A DNA stretch of 63,866 bases, counting the filler, from Octopus bimaculoides (Eukaryota), in NCBI RefSeq assembly GCF_001194135.2. It is 8 parts of 8 records of this genome, joined end to end, with 100 filler letters (N's around TTAATTAATTAA, not from the genome) between each part and the next. Parts side by side here need not be neighbours in the genome. Positions count along the whole stretch, not along the records: positions 7,185 to 14,453 come from NC_068985.1; positions 14,554 to 32,500 come from NC_068991.1; 6 more parts are not named here. One strand, given 5' to 3'. Shown here one piece after another: positions 13,468-26,099 of this stretch; position 1 is the stretch's first letter, and every line of letters starts with the position of its first letter. The position numbers and the translations under genes are program-made. A model generated the notes under the pieces. That model was not told where the DNA came from. It worked only from the letters and a program-made list of their open reading frames with translations, and made no database searches.

Positions 13468-14553
13468 GTACATATATACATATGTATATATATAGACTTA
13501 CACAAACACAGATACAAACGTATGCCTAAATGCATGTACACACACACGCACACACACACGCACGCACACGCACACATGCACATGCACACACATATACACA
13601 TATGTGTGTGTGTGTGTATGTGTGTGCGCACAAATGTATATCCCCAATATATATGCAAGAAAAACAGCTTATCTATAAAACCGAACGCAGACTCTATCTA
13701 ACACATCTTTTCGTAATCATTTTCCGACTTATTCTTTTCTTTGTTTGTGCTTGAACAAAACAAAAACAAACAAAAACAAAAACATACCGCCATATTGCCC
13801 ATACCATGTCTATGATTCTCAAACAATTCACAGCACACAACCACTCTACCTGTCCGTCTGTCTATCTGTTTCTCTTTCTTTCTTTCACCTGTCTCTCTTT
13901 CTGTCGCTCCCTCTCTCTCTATCTCCCCCCTCTCTCTCTCTCTTTCTTTCTTTCTTCGTATATCTCCTAAACAACTGGAAATAGCTGCGGTTAATATTGC
14001 GTCAACATGAAATGAAAGGCGAAGTAACGTAATTATATTAAAGGGAGTTAATTGTCTTTCATGAATATTCTTCAAACTGCAGTTCTCTCATTTTAATAAT
14101 CAAGATTTGGGGTGAACAATTGACAGTGTGTGTGTGTGTGTGTGTTCTTATGAGTCTGTGGGTATTCATGAATGTAAGCGGGCTTGTGTCGGTTGCTCTG
14201 TATCTGTTTGTGAGTGCGTGTGTGTGTGGTGGGACGCGCGGTGGAAGGGGTGTACACGAAGGGTGGGGCTGGGGTTTTCATAAGACGGGTACCCGCGGCG
14301 AACATTTCAAAAATCATTCATTCATTTATTCAACTGTATCAAGGTGTATCATTGCGCTTTCCCCATCCCCATTCTTCTTCTTCTTCTTCTTCTTCTTCTT
14401 CTTCTTCTTCTTCTTCTTCTTCTTCTTCTTCTTCTTCTTCTTCTTTTTCTTCTNNNNNNNNNNNNNNNNNNNNNNNNNNNNNNNNNNNNNNNNNNNNTTA
14501 ATTAATTAANNNNNNNNNNNNNNNNNNNNNNNNNNNNNNNNNNNNNNNNNNNN

Positions 14554-14587
<34 letters not shown>

Positions 14588-14836
14588 AATTGGGTGAAGT
14601 ATGTAGTAGTGAGCCGAGGAAACAGAAAGAAGACAGAAGAAATGAAATAAAACGGACGAAGCAAGAGAAATAAAATTCTTTCTACAGTTCCATATGTAAG
14701 AGATGAGGAATTCTGTACATTATTTACATTGTTAGCATTTGGGTACTGGAGTCGCTGTCACATATCAATCCACACATTCGGTTAGACACACATTCTTGAA
14801 ACAAGTACAAACACTTAATACCAACAAAGCTGTGCA

Positions 14837-14892
<56 letters not shown>

Positions 14893-14989
14893 NNNNNNNN
14901 NNNNNNNNNNNNNNNNNNNNNNNNNNNNNNNNNNNNNNNNNNNNNNNNNNNNNNNNNNNNNNNNNNNNNNNNNNNNNNNNNNNNNNNNN

Positions 14990-15078
<89 letters not shown>

Positions 15079-15094
15079 CAAAACATACCGTTCA

Positions 15095-15373
15095 TAATGG
15101 TCATTACACATTCCATTATTGTAGTAAAATCGACTTACAACTGTTTCCGATAACCATTATAGTTTCATTCGTTGATCAGTTTACTCAATTGGTCCATTGA
15201 TTCAATTGAGAAAATTTGGACAAACTTAAAAGTCTAATGCTATTCTCATCGAAGTCATGGTATGCTATAACTCCGACCAAAGAACGAACTAATCAATGAA
15301 TAAACCTATAAGGATTATCAGACACAGCTGTAAGTCGAATTTACTGCAGTGGAAGAGTATGTTACGGCCATTA
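15095..15373. mobile_element. Palindromic MITE-like element (imperfect arms about 85 bp)
   Basis: taatggtc...gtagtaaaatcgacttacaactg is mirrored by cagctgtaagtcgaatttactgc...ggccatta. Confidence 0.6.
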
Positions 15374-15508
15374 TTTATACCTTGTCTTGTATATTACTCT
15401 GTGGGAAAAAAAGCGCATCCTGACTGGGAATACATCTTGTTGATTTACAATAAAGAATGGTGAAGAAATTTAAGCTATGAGATATATATATATCAGTAAT
15501 ATTCGTAG

Positions 15509-15785
15509 CCATTTCAACATGGCTGTCCGTTCGAGCGGACACTACTGCATTTTTTTTTTACCCCTAGAGGACATCTCTAGCACAGTGCACAGTACAGAGC
15601 TGCATCCGAAAATATTGTAAGCAGGGGAGCGAACCCCTACCATCCCTATCGTTAGGAGATGGTAGGGGTTCGCTCCCTTGCTTACAGCTTTATCGGATGC
15701 AACTGTTAACTAGTTAGATGGAATATCCTCTTGGGGTTAAAAATTCACAGAAGAGTCCGCTCGAACCGACAGGCTTGTTAAAAGG
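15509..15785. mobile_element. Foldback/MITE-like palindrome
   Basis: Inner near-perfect stem tgtaagcaggggagcgaacccctaccatc / gatggtaggggttcgctcccttgcttaca; outer ctgtccgttcgagcggac / gtccgctcgaaccgacag. Confidence 0.75.
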
Positions 15786-15954
15786 AATAGAAATATCATT
15801 TGTCGGTACAACTACTGCGTTGATCTCTTAGAGAGATTTTAGAACTAACATTTTCTTTTATTTTAGTAAATATGACAGCTTTTACCAGTAGTCCTAAGTT
15901 CGTTATTGATTGGTTTCTTCAATCGGCCCAATGAAAAGATGGAAAAATTAAACG

Positions 15955-15996
<42 letters not shown>

Positions 15997-16057
15997 NNNN
16001 NNNNNNNNNNNNNNNNNNNNNNNNNNNNNNNNNNNNNNNNNNNNNNNNNNNNNNNNN

Positions 16058-16255
16058 GGTAGAGTAATATGCTTTATTTAAAAGCAGCAGAAATATAACA
16101 AAAGCTGTTACTCAGAGTTTCACGTTCAGGTTCGTCGGAGAGTTTGTTAAGATAGACAAAATAAACAAAGCTCTCCGACGAACGGGAACGTGAAACTCTG
16201 ACTAACAGCTTTTGTTATATTTCTGCTGCTTTTAAATAAAGCATATTACTCTACC
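16058..16255. repeat. Inverted repeat (arms about 85-90 bp) with a hammerhead-like motif in each arm; probably an inverted Penelope pLTR pair
   Basis: 16058-16142 is the reverse complement of 16171-16255 with 3 mismatches; the left arm abuts an N gap. Confidence 0.85.
16167..16212 (+). ncRNA. Minimal type I hammerhead-like motif (degenerate)
   Basis: AAAGCTCT-CCGACGA-ACG/GGAA/CGT-GAA-ACTC-T-GA(C)T-A-ACAGCTTT; stems I and II pair; core U4 is C. Confidence 0.55.
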
Positions 16256-16549
16256 TCTGGCCTGAGTACTCTTTTTTCCACCTTGTTTCACATTTATATG
16301 CTTAATCCGCTATATTAACGAGTTATATCTATTTATCATCCGAGGAGACACATCTGCACCATCTAGTTGTTCAGAATCCCATCTGTGAGGTATCGCTGCT
16401 AGATGGGAAGAAACAATTGTCGTAACTAATAATAAAAATTCTCGTATATTCCATCTTCCGTCTTTCATTTAGCACGCACACACACACACACATTTAGCCC
16501 ATTGAAAAAAGAAAAATTGAACGACCTAATACATATATATATATGTGTG

Positions 16550-16634
<85 letters not shown>

Positions 16635-16638
<4 letters not shown>

Positions 16639-17245
16639 TCTTTATTTGTCAGTGAAGGCTACCATCGGCTTCATGTTAAGAAAAGTAAGAAAATATCCTT
16701 GTTAGTGTGTTAACAATTTTTCAAACCGATCACATGGAGAAAAGTGTTTGTTTCCATTTTTGAAAACAGTCTCGCTTCGTTCACGGGATTTCTTGTAAAT
16801 TTGCTTAAATGAAACAACGAATCAATGGATCAAGGAACGTTACTTTAGAGCACCATCTTTTGGAGTTTGTCTCCTTTGGATATGTCTTTTCGGTAATCTT
16901 TTTTTAGTTTTTGTTCTGGGCATGGTGTCCATGCCCAGTAAACCATGCCTAGAATAAACAAATAATGCAAAATTAGTAACCATTAAAATATTTCCGGAAA
17001 GACAAATCTAAGGAAGACAAACTCCAAAAGATGCCACTCAAGAGTAACGTCCCTTGATTCATTGGTTCTTTGTTTCATTCATGCGAATTTACGAGAAATC
17101 CCATGAAGCGAAACTATTTTCCAGAATGGAGGCGAACACCTTCCTCCATGTGATCAGCTTGAAAAAATTATTGAGACACTAGGATATTTTCCTACTTTCT
17201 TACATGACACCAATGGTAGCCTTAAATCACAAATAAAGAAATATA
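16635..17245. mobile_element. Foldback/MITE-like element of about 600 bp with arms of about 300 bp
   Basis: The left arm (aggctaccat...gatcacatggag...catcttttggagtttgtc...ctgggcatgg) is the imperfect reverse complement of the right arm. Confidence 0.8.
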
Positions 17246-17289
17246 TCCACCAATGCGGTGTTGAGCACTCATTTCAGCATTCAATATTT

Positions 17290-17340
<51 letters not shown>

Positions 17341-17659
17341 CATACACTGAAAAAAACGTCGCTCTGTAAAAAATGATTTCTTTCACGCATGATATTGAGA
17401 TTAAATGGATTTTATCAAATCTCTAGGTAATTTAAAATCAGGAAGATGTCACTGACCCACAGCACCACTCATTTGAAAACACAAGGATTGTATTTAGGAT
17501 TCGAACACGCTCACTTTTCGTGAACGTGGTAATGCTGGTGAATGCATCTTTATGAAAAGCATGATGCACGTGCAAAACGTTATCTCATTGGGGAGTCATT
17601 TGGTATAGAAGGCACCCAAGTCATTTGTTTCCCAAACGCAGCAAGCATGCCAAGACTGA

Positions 17660-17825
17660 TACGACATCATAGGGAGCAAGCCATCGTCCATGGATCATTG
17701 CTAATGACTTGAACTGCAGTATTCGGAAAATTGAGCGGCTGAGGGAATGATACAACAGCGCGGAAGACCGTCCACGTAATAGCCGACCGAGGGTTACAAC
17801 GGCACGTCAAGGTCGCCACCATTTT
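17660..17825 (+). mobile_element. Tc1-like transposase N-terminal HTH remnant
   Basis: IANDLNCSIRKIERLRE*YNSAEDRPRNSRPRVTTARQ. Confidence 0.65.
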
Positions 17826-18376
17826 TTCCTGGTATTAGTTGTGCCTCCTTCAAAATTTCATGAATTTTATATTCTCAATGATATTATAGAGATCCTTTTC
17901 AAAACGGCTCCAAGTGTCAATTAGGTGGGATCCTCAGAAATTTAAATTCACGCTTAAGCATTTGTATGGAGAATGGAGACTCCTTTATTCGGGTGTAGTG
18001 CCACGAATGACGGCACAGGTGGGAGTGGAGATACTAACAAGTCTCCGGCTATCAAATGTTTTATGGACTGGATCCCATCGGTTGGAAGGATTTGCTTCTT
18101 GAATGCTGAATTCGCTTAACCAATATCTTCTGACGAACGTAAGGTGCATCTAAGAGCGATGAATAAACTCTTGGACACTGAAGTCACAAGAATAATTAAT
18201 GAACTGCTGGAGAGAATCAAATTTGGTGCCATATTAAAAGCCTTTTATAGTATTATTATTTATAATTTTCTCTTATAATTTCTTTTTATTTTTCAGTTTT
18301 AAACTTTACCAAACACATAAAACACTGTATAAGTACTTCTTTCCTTTCTTTCTTTTCATCTTTACTATTGTTTTAG

Positions 18377-18602
18377 GGGTCTCCTTTAACACTGGAAAAG
18401 AATGGAAGGACTTAAAAAAGTTTACTATTTCAACACTCCGAGATTTAGGAATGGGCAAGAAAAAGCTAGAAGATCATATATATTTGGAAACCCAGTCCTT
18501 AACCGATGCTTTTCAATCTCACAATGGTAAACCGTTTTCTTTGAAAGACCCACTGGCACACTTCTCTTTGAGTATTGTGTATTATATAATATTTGATGAA
18601 AG
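18377..18602 (+). CDS. CYP exon (C/D helices)
   Basis: tttttag|GG GTC TCC...GVSFNTGKEWKDLKKFTISTLRDLGMGKKKLEDHIYLETQSL...IIFDER|gttagt. Confidence 0.93.
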
Positions 18603-21600
18603 GTTAGTTGAAATCAACAGATATAGTATGCATTTATTATGTATGTATTTTATATTAGCATGTATCCATACATATATGTGTGTGTTGTGTGGGGGGGGGG
18701 GTAGGACTTTTCTCAAACTGTTTTTCTTCTGAAGATGAGCCCTTACGCCTGAAATATAAAGCCTTTTTTAAAACTTTCTGCATTATCAGAATCTTTCTAT
18801 CATCTCTTTTTTTTACTACATATACGTGTGTGTGTATTCATATGTATTTATGTATGTACGTATATAATCGTTGTAGGAATTGAGAAGTAGTAGAATCGTT
18901 GTACGAGTTCTCAATTGGAGTCTTTGTCAGGTAGTGACATACACGAGCTCGAGTCACCTTCAAGGAAGCGGTAAAAAGTCTCTGTCTTGCGGAGCTATCA
19001 GCGATAGCACGATAGATGAGATAAAGATAGAAAACACGAAACCCGCCTCAACATAATAGTGGCGGTAAGAACATAACAGTGCCTATAACAACATAACAAT
19101 GTGGACTGAGGATTCCACCTATTATAAGCACATTGTAACATATATGTCGTCAATGTATCATATATATGAAAAATAAGCACACTTTCAAGTATAGAGCAGT
19201 AAGTCTATGTCCGGTCATAGAGTGACCAATGGTGTCGCGTCTACAAAGAGCCTAGCCCTATGGACAGCTCATCGGACTCTGAGGCCGAAGACATATAACT
19301 CAACTCTGTGAGGCAGGAATCCGTTACAGTCAGATAGTAAGTAATCAAAGAATACACAATCCAGGTCGGCGCGGGTTATCTCCCTTAGACTAATTAATGT
19401 GGGCCAAAAGAGGGGGGGGGGACAGAGAATTTCGACCTTAAGCTGCTTTTAGTTCATAAGGAACCTTTCGGATCTAATCTTTGAACGGAAAATTCCTTGC
19501 TTGCAGCAAGTAGCATTTGAAATGGATGCAGGGGCTAAAACTTTCCTGGTGAAAGTTCAGTAACCTTCGTTTCAGAGAGTCTTTGAGGACCCTTGCTCGC
19601 TCAGCTATGCAAAGCTTGCAGCGTCCGATCCCGCTAATGTAGGATCACGGCTGCTCTGTGATCCTCCACTTGATATCGTTTGGGATCCTTTCAGCTTTGA
19701 GGCGACAAACGTGATTTACCACAGATGTGATGAATCGTCTCGCTTGAATCCCGAAAGAGGTTGTATAGGCGCCGCTTCAAGGCAGTCCCAGTTGATCCGA
19801 TATATTTCCAGGTTTGTGTGTTGGTTGTGTTCACATTTCTGACCTATGTTCGGTTGGCTCTGGGCCTGGAGATGTTGTTGCCGCTGGTGTTGCTGTAACT
19901 GTCATCGGTGCTGTTATTATTATGAGGCGTGGGTCTGGCGATATCGCTGCGACTGTGGTCGTTGTTGTTGTCATCCCTTGGCCGCTGCGTTGGCGCAGCT
20001 ATCACCGATGGTGATGTGAGTGCCGTCGTTGATAATACTGGGTGTGGAGCTGGTAGCCTCGCTGGTGCTACTGGTGTCAGCGTGGTCATCATCTCTGACC
20101 GTAGTGATGGTGTTGGAGTCGTTGCCGTTGCTGTCGATGCTGTTGGATGATCCGTAACTGCTACTGCTATGGCCGCTAGGTCTGAGTATCATCACAACCT
20201 CACAACTTTCTGAGCCTCGCATTGTCCTCCCACCACCACTGGGCAGTCATTGTACTCCCTGCAAGAGCAACCGGCCTCCTCCTGCGTTTAATGAGTGTTA
20301 GCGAATATACTTTTCATATTGGGTCCGCAACTAGAGGAGACTCTTAGGTTGTGCCTACGGAACAAACGTCCGTACCTGTGTGTCTGCGGGATGTGCTTAT
20401 CTATTAACCTGAGGAATATTTTTCCCACACAAGTCTTGAAGTTGAGTGAGAAAAGTGGAGCAAACCAAACGACGTTCCGGCAGTGCTTCCTTTTGTTAGT
20501 GCTAGGGCCCAGCATAAAGGAGATGCAGTCCTTAAACCCACTGGACACCAGTGCCTCCTTATGGAAGGGGATTGCATCACCGAAAATTTCTTTCCTTGAG
20601 GATAAATTCGAGATCCTTTTGCCGACACCCTTCACTTGGTTCTTGAACATGATAGAGGGTGGGAGGAGGCTGTGTCGATGTAGGACAGCCTCTCGTTTGG
20701 CTTGCGGTAGGGCCTGTGTGTACCGAAACCCATGCCTAGAGTGACATCTAGTAAGTCTACGGTGGTGAGGTTAGTCTCGATAATAATTTTGAGTCCCATG
20801 GAGCGTAGAGTGTTAACCAGATTTTTTCTAAGCCTATCAAATGTGTGCCCGTTGGTTCCTCTAGAGATAGCCAAAGCGTCATCTCTGAAAAGGCCCAAGA
20901 GGACTGAAGATAACTTCTTCCCTAAGGTGTCCAGGATATATAGTCCAATAGGATCACATACGTCGGCGCTGTCGTAGGCTCCCGTTACCACATCGAAGGA
21001 ACCCTCGGGTTTGGAGTACTTGATTCACGTCGAATCTTTATTGAACAGCATCCTTTTCCTGGCATGCATGATAACGTCTCTGTCGTTAATGTCCGTGAAG
21101 CCCTTACCAAAGGAAAGTGCTTTGATCAGCAACCCCTTCGATATAGACGGGTAAAATTCGACTATATCGAATTGTGTAAACCTTGTTCTGCCCTTTCCCC
21201 TATACCTAGACTAATTGTTATCTGTTTGGCTTCACTGTTAATGTTGTTGTATGTGTTTGGGGAAGCGCGCCTTTATTTCTGTGTTATGGAAATATCTAAA
21301 AGGCTGTCGTAAGTGTGTCTCTATCTTATATATGCTTTTAGTCTTACCCGAGACTAAAGATATATATATATATATATATATATATANNNNNNNNNNNNNN
21401 NNNNNNNNNNNNNNNNNNNNNNNNNNNNNNNNNNNNNNNNNNNNNNNNNNNNNNNNNNNNNNNNNNNNNNNNNNNNNNNNNNNNNNNNNNNNNNNNNNNN
21501 NNNNNNNNNNNNNNNNNNNNNNNNNNNNNNNNNNNNNNNNNNNNNNNNNNNNNNNNNNNNNNNNNNNNNNNNNNNNNNNNNNNNNNNNNNNNNNNNNNNN

Positions 21601-22511
21601 NNNNNNNNNNNNNNNNNNNNNNNNNNNNNNNNNNNNNNNNNNNNNNNNNNNNNNNNNNNNNNNNNNNNNNNNNNNNNNNNNNNNNNNNNNNNNNNNNNNN
21701 NNNNNNNNNNNNNNNNNNNNNNNNNNNNNNNNNNNNNNNNNNNNNNNNNNNNNNNNNNNNNNNNNNNNNNNNNNNNNNNNNNNNNNNNNNNNNNNNNNNN
21801 NNNNNNNNNNNNNNNNNNNNNNNNNNNNNNNNNNNNNNNNNNNNNNNNNNNNNNNNNNNNNNNNNNNNNNNNNNNNNNNNNNNNNNNNNNNNNNNNNNNN
21901 NNNNNNNNNNNNNNNNNNNNNNNNNNNNNNNNNNNNNNNNNNATATTGTATTATATTCTATTTTATTTTATTTTGTATTATATTATGTTACGGTATATTA
22001 TGTATTTTGTAATTGAAGGATCAGATTTGGTGAACCTGAGTTTCAGGAAATAGTTGAAAACTTAAGATTTTTCTTCAACAATATAAATGCATTTATGCCA
22101 GAGAATTTCTTTCCATTCCTGAGATTTGTCCTATGGAATTCTCCCGTAAGTAAAAAACACTTCATATTGAAATCTGAATATTATTAAATCAAGTTTTGAA
22201 CCCAGAAAATATAGCTTTGTCAAACTCAAAATTCTATCATAACCTTATTGTTACTGCTCAATGTGTTAGGGGAAAATTGCCAGATCAATATAGCACCTGA
22301 ATCTGCTTTTCTAGTAATAAAATTACTTCGTATTTAAACGGTTTGGATGTCGATAATAATCTTAGTTGTGTTGCTGCCTTTACATTTTTACACTTCTCCA
22401 TGGTAAGTTTCTTCTATAACAATTCTACTTTGTCTAATATAAATCACTATTTCTTCAATGAAGTTGGGCCTACAATGAAAACAATAGTAACGTTTGCCAG
22501 TAATAAATACA

Positions 22512-22553
<42 letters not shown>

Positions 22554-24280
22554 NNNNNNNNNNNNNNNNNNNNNNNNNNNNNNNNNNNNNNNNNNNNNNN
22601 NNNNNNNNNNNNNNNNNNNNNNNNNNNNNNNNNNNNNNNNNNNNNNNNNNNNNNNNNNNNNNNNNNNNNNNNNNNNNNNNNNNNNNNNNNNNNNNNNNNN
22701 NNNNNNNNNNNNNNNNNNNNNNNNNNNNNNNNNNNNNNNNNNNNNNNNNNNNNNNNNNNNNNNNNNNNNNNNNNNNNNNNNNNNNNNNNNNNNNNNNNNN
22801 NNNNNNNNNNNNNNNNNNNNNNNNNNNNNNNNNNNNNNNNNNNNNNNNNNNNNNNNNNNNNNNNNNNNNNNNNNNNNNNNNNNNNNNNNNNNNNNNNNNN
22901 NNNNNNNNNNNNNNNNNNNNNNNNNNNNNNNNNNNNNNNNNNNNNNNNNNNNNNNNNNNNNNNNNNNNNNNNNNNNNNNNNNNNNNNNNNNNNNNNNNNN
23001 NNNNNNNNNNNNNNNNNNNNNNNNNNNNNNNNNNNNNNNNNNNNNNNNNNNNNNNNNNNNNNNNNNNNNNNNNNNNNNNNNNNNNNNNNNNNNNNNNNNN
23101 NNNNNNNNNNNNNNNNNNNNNNNNNNNNNNNNNNNNNNNNNNNNNNNNNNNNNNNNNNNNNNNNNNNNNNNNNNNNNNNNNNNNNNNNNNNNNNNNNNNN
23201 NNNNNNNNNNNNNNNNNNNNNNNNNNNNNNNAGCGATGAACGTTGATGACTGTAGATGAAAACAAAATAGTATAAAATATTTAATCGGACCCATGGGCCA
23301 CTGATGCTAATTTTTTCCACTATAGCTAGAGGAACTTATCAAGAACAACAAAAAGATCCGAAATTATATAAAAGAGAAAATCAGGGAACATAAGGAAACC
23401 TACAATGGTGACTACATAAGAGATTTTGTTGACGTCTACTTACTCACACTTGAGAAGGAACCAAACAATGAATCTTTATCTGGTGAGTTACACGAACTGT
23501 TATGTTTCTCTTGTTTCTTTCAAGATATTATATATAAGTTTTGAAAAGAGAATATTATTTCATACAAAGAAAGAGAATCTTACAATCTTAACATTGTGTT
23601 ACTTAGCCCGTCAGTAACGCTTTCACATAATTAAATATTGATTAGATGCTGACTGGATAGTGAAAGTTTTTTTTAATTTTTATTGAACTAAGTTTTGTTA
23701 TATCATTTATCACTTAACGCATTCGCATAAATGCAATTCCGTGAAATATTCAAGCTTATTTACGTGACAGATATATACAGTTCAACTAAAGGTTGTATCA
23801 TATGTACGACGGTATTTTTGTTTTTTTTGTTTATGAGAAAAATGGCAAAATAAGAGTGAATATTTATTTTATGAGTGTTGTGTATTAAGTCTATAAAACT
23901 GGGCATAAATATATAAAATACGTAGATATAAAGTTCATTAATTAATCATCGTATTCCAATTTTTTTCACATTTCATTGAGTAGCAGATGAGCAATTGTCT
24001 TTCCATACAGACAAAACACATAATATCGTCGTACATATGCCCAAGAAATATAGCATTGTGCATCGATAATTCGTCGCCACGGGCCAAACCGTCAATCAAG
24101 AGTTTTACGGTGACATTTTAAAGCGTTTAAGGAGGGACATTTGGCGAAAGCAAATCATAACTAGTCCACAAACGTTTTGGTACTATCTCGTACACGTACA
24201 CACATACACACACACATACATACATACATACATACATACATACATACATACATACATACATACGTACATACATACATACA

Positions 24281-24312
<32 letters not shown>

Positions 24313-25117
24313 CTTTATATTGTTTCGTTTTAAACAGTTATGAAGTTAATTCTAATAATTTTACCTGCTGTTGCAGAAGAGAATATTTTCCAGGCGACTA
24401 TTGATCTTATTATGGCTGGAACAGACACAACAGCTACCGTTCTTAACTGGGCTTTTGTCCATATGGCCAAATATCCTGACATACAGGACAAATGTCGAGC
24501 AGAAATTGAACAGGTAAAATATCATATTAGTTCATTAATATGTCCCGTTTATTTTACTTTTTATTAAAAATATTTCAGTCCGTGCTCTGCGATTGCGTGG
24601 TAAGTATCTTAACATTTATGTTGTCTTTAAACGCACCAGATATAAGCAGATTACGAAAGGAGATAGGAGCAGGCGTGGCTGTGTGGTAAGAAGTTTACTT
24701 CCTAACCATATGGTCCCAGGTTCAGTAAATCAGCATGGCACCTAGGGTAAGTCTCTTCTACAAAAACAGATTTCAAATGGAAATAAAACTGTTTTAAAAA
24801 CTGCAAGAGCACTTTTATGTACCGTACCACTGTGACATTCAAATTTTCTTGTAGATATACGCTCTCGGCTATAGGGATATTTTTTCTTAGTCACACATTG
24901 AGAAGGGGAAGTATTTCATGATCTTTCTAAATTTGTGAGATTGATACAGTTGTTTTCTGAGGGTACGGCTGTCTGTCTAAAGGGACTTGTTTTACAGCAA
25001 CACGGACTTATTCTTTGTAAGTATAGTACTTATTTTATCGGTCACTTTGCCGAACCGCTAGGTTACGGGGACATAAGCTCACCAACACCAGCGATGGGTG
25101 TACGAACATAGACACAA

Positions 25118-25171
<54 letters not shown>

Positions 25172-26042
25172 TCAGGGCAAGCGAGTAAGTACACGGGCTT
25201 ATATATATATATATATATATATATATACGCACACAGGATGGCACACATTTGCATCCATAATGCGTTTCGTCAGATTCAAACGTAAATATGCTAATCGCTG
25301 TCGTATTNNNNNNNNNNNNNNNNNNNNNNNNNNNNNNNNNNNNNNNNNNNNNNNNNNNNNNNNNNNNNNNNNNNNNNNNNNNNNNNNNNNNNNNNNNNNN
25401 NNNNNNNNNNNNNNNNNNNNNNNNNNNNNNNNNNNNNNNNNNNNNNNNNNNNNNNNNNNNNNNNNNNNNNNNNNNNNNNNNNNNNNNNNNNNNNNNNNNN
25501 NNNNNNNNNNNNNNNNNNNNNNNNNNNNNNNNNNNNNNNNNNNNNNNNNNNNNNNNNNNNNNNNNNNNNNNNNNNNNNNNNNNNNNNNNNNNNNNNNNNN
25601 NNNNNNNNNNNNNNNNNNNNNNNNNNNNNNNNNNNNNNNNNNNNNNNNNNNNNNNNNNNNNNNNNNNNNNNNNNNNNNNNNNNNNNNNNNNNNNNNNNNN
25701 NNNNNNNNNNNNNNNNNNNNNNNNNNNNNNNNNNNNNNNNNNNNNNNNNNNNNNNNNNNNNNNNNNNNNNNNNNNNNNNNNNNNNNNNNNNNNNNNNNNN
25801 NNNNNNNNNNNNNNNNNNNNNNNNNNNNNNNNNNNNNNNNNNNNNNNNNNNNNNNNNNNNNNNNNNNNNNNNNNNNNNNNNNNNNNNNNNNNNNNNNNNN
25901 NNNNNNNNNNNNNNNNNNNNNNNNNNNNNNNNNNNNNNNNNNNNNNNNNNNNNNNNNNNNNNNNNNNNNNNNNNNNNNNNNNNNNNNNNNNNNNNNNNNN
26001 NNNNNNNNNNNNNNNNNNNNNNNNNNNNNNNNNNNNNNNNNN

Positions 26043-26099
<57 letters not shown>

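Noticed and set aside
20190-20200. TGA TGA in the Penelope frame as possible selenocysteine codons
   Set aside because: The element also has a TAG and frameshifts, the codons are not at evident conserved Cys positions, and no SECIS was recognised; decay is the simpler explanation.
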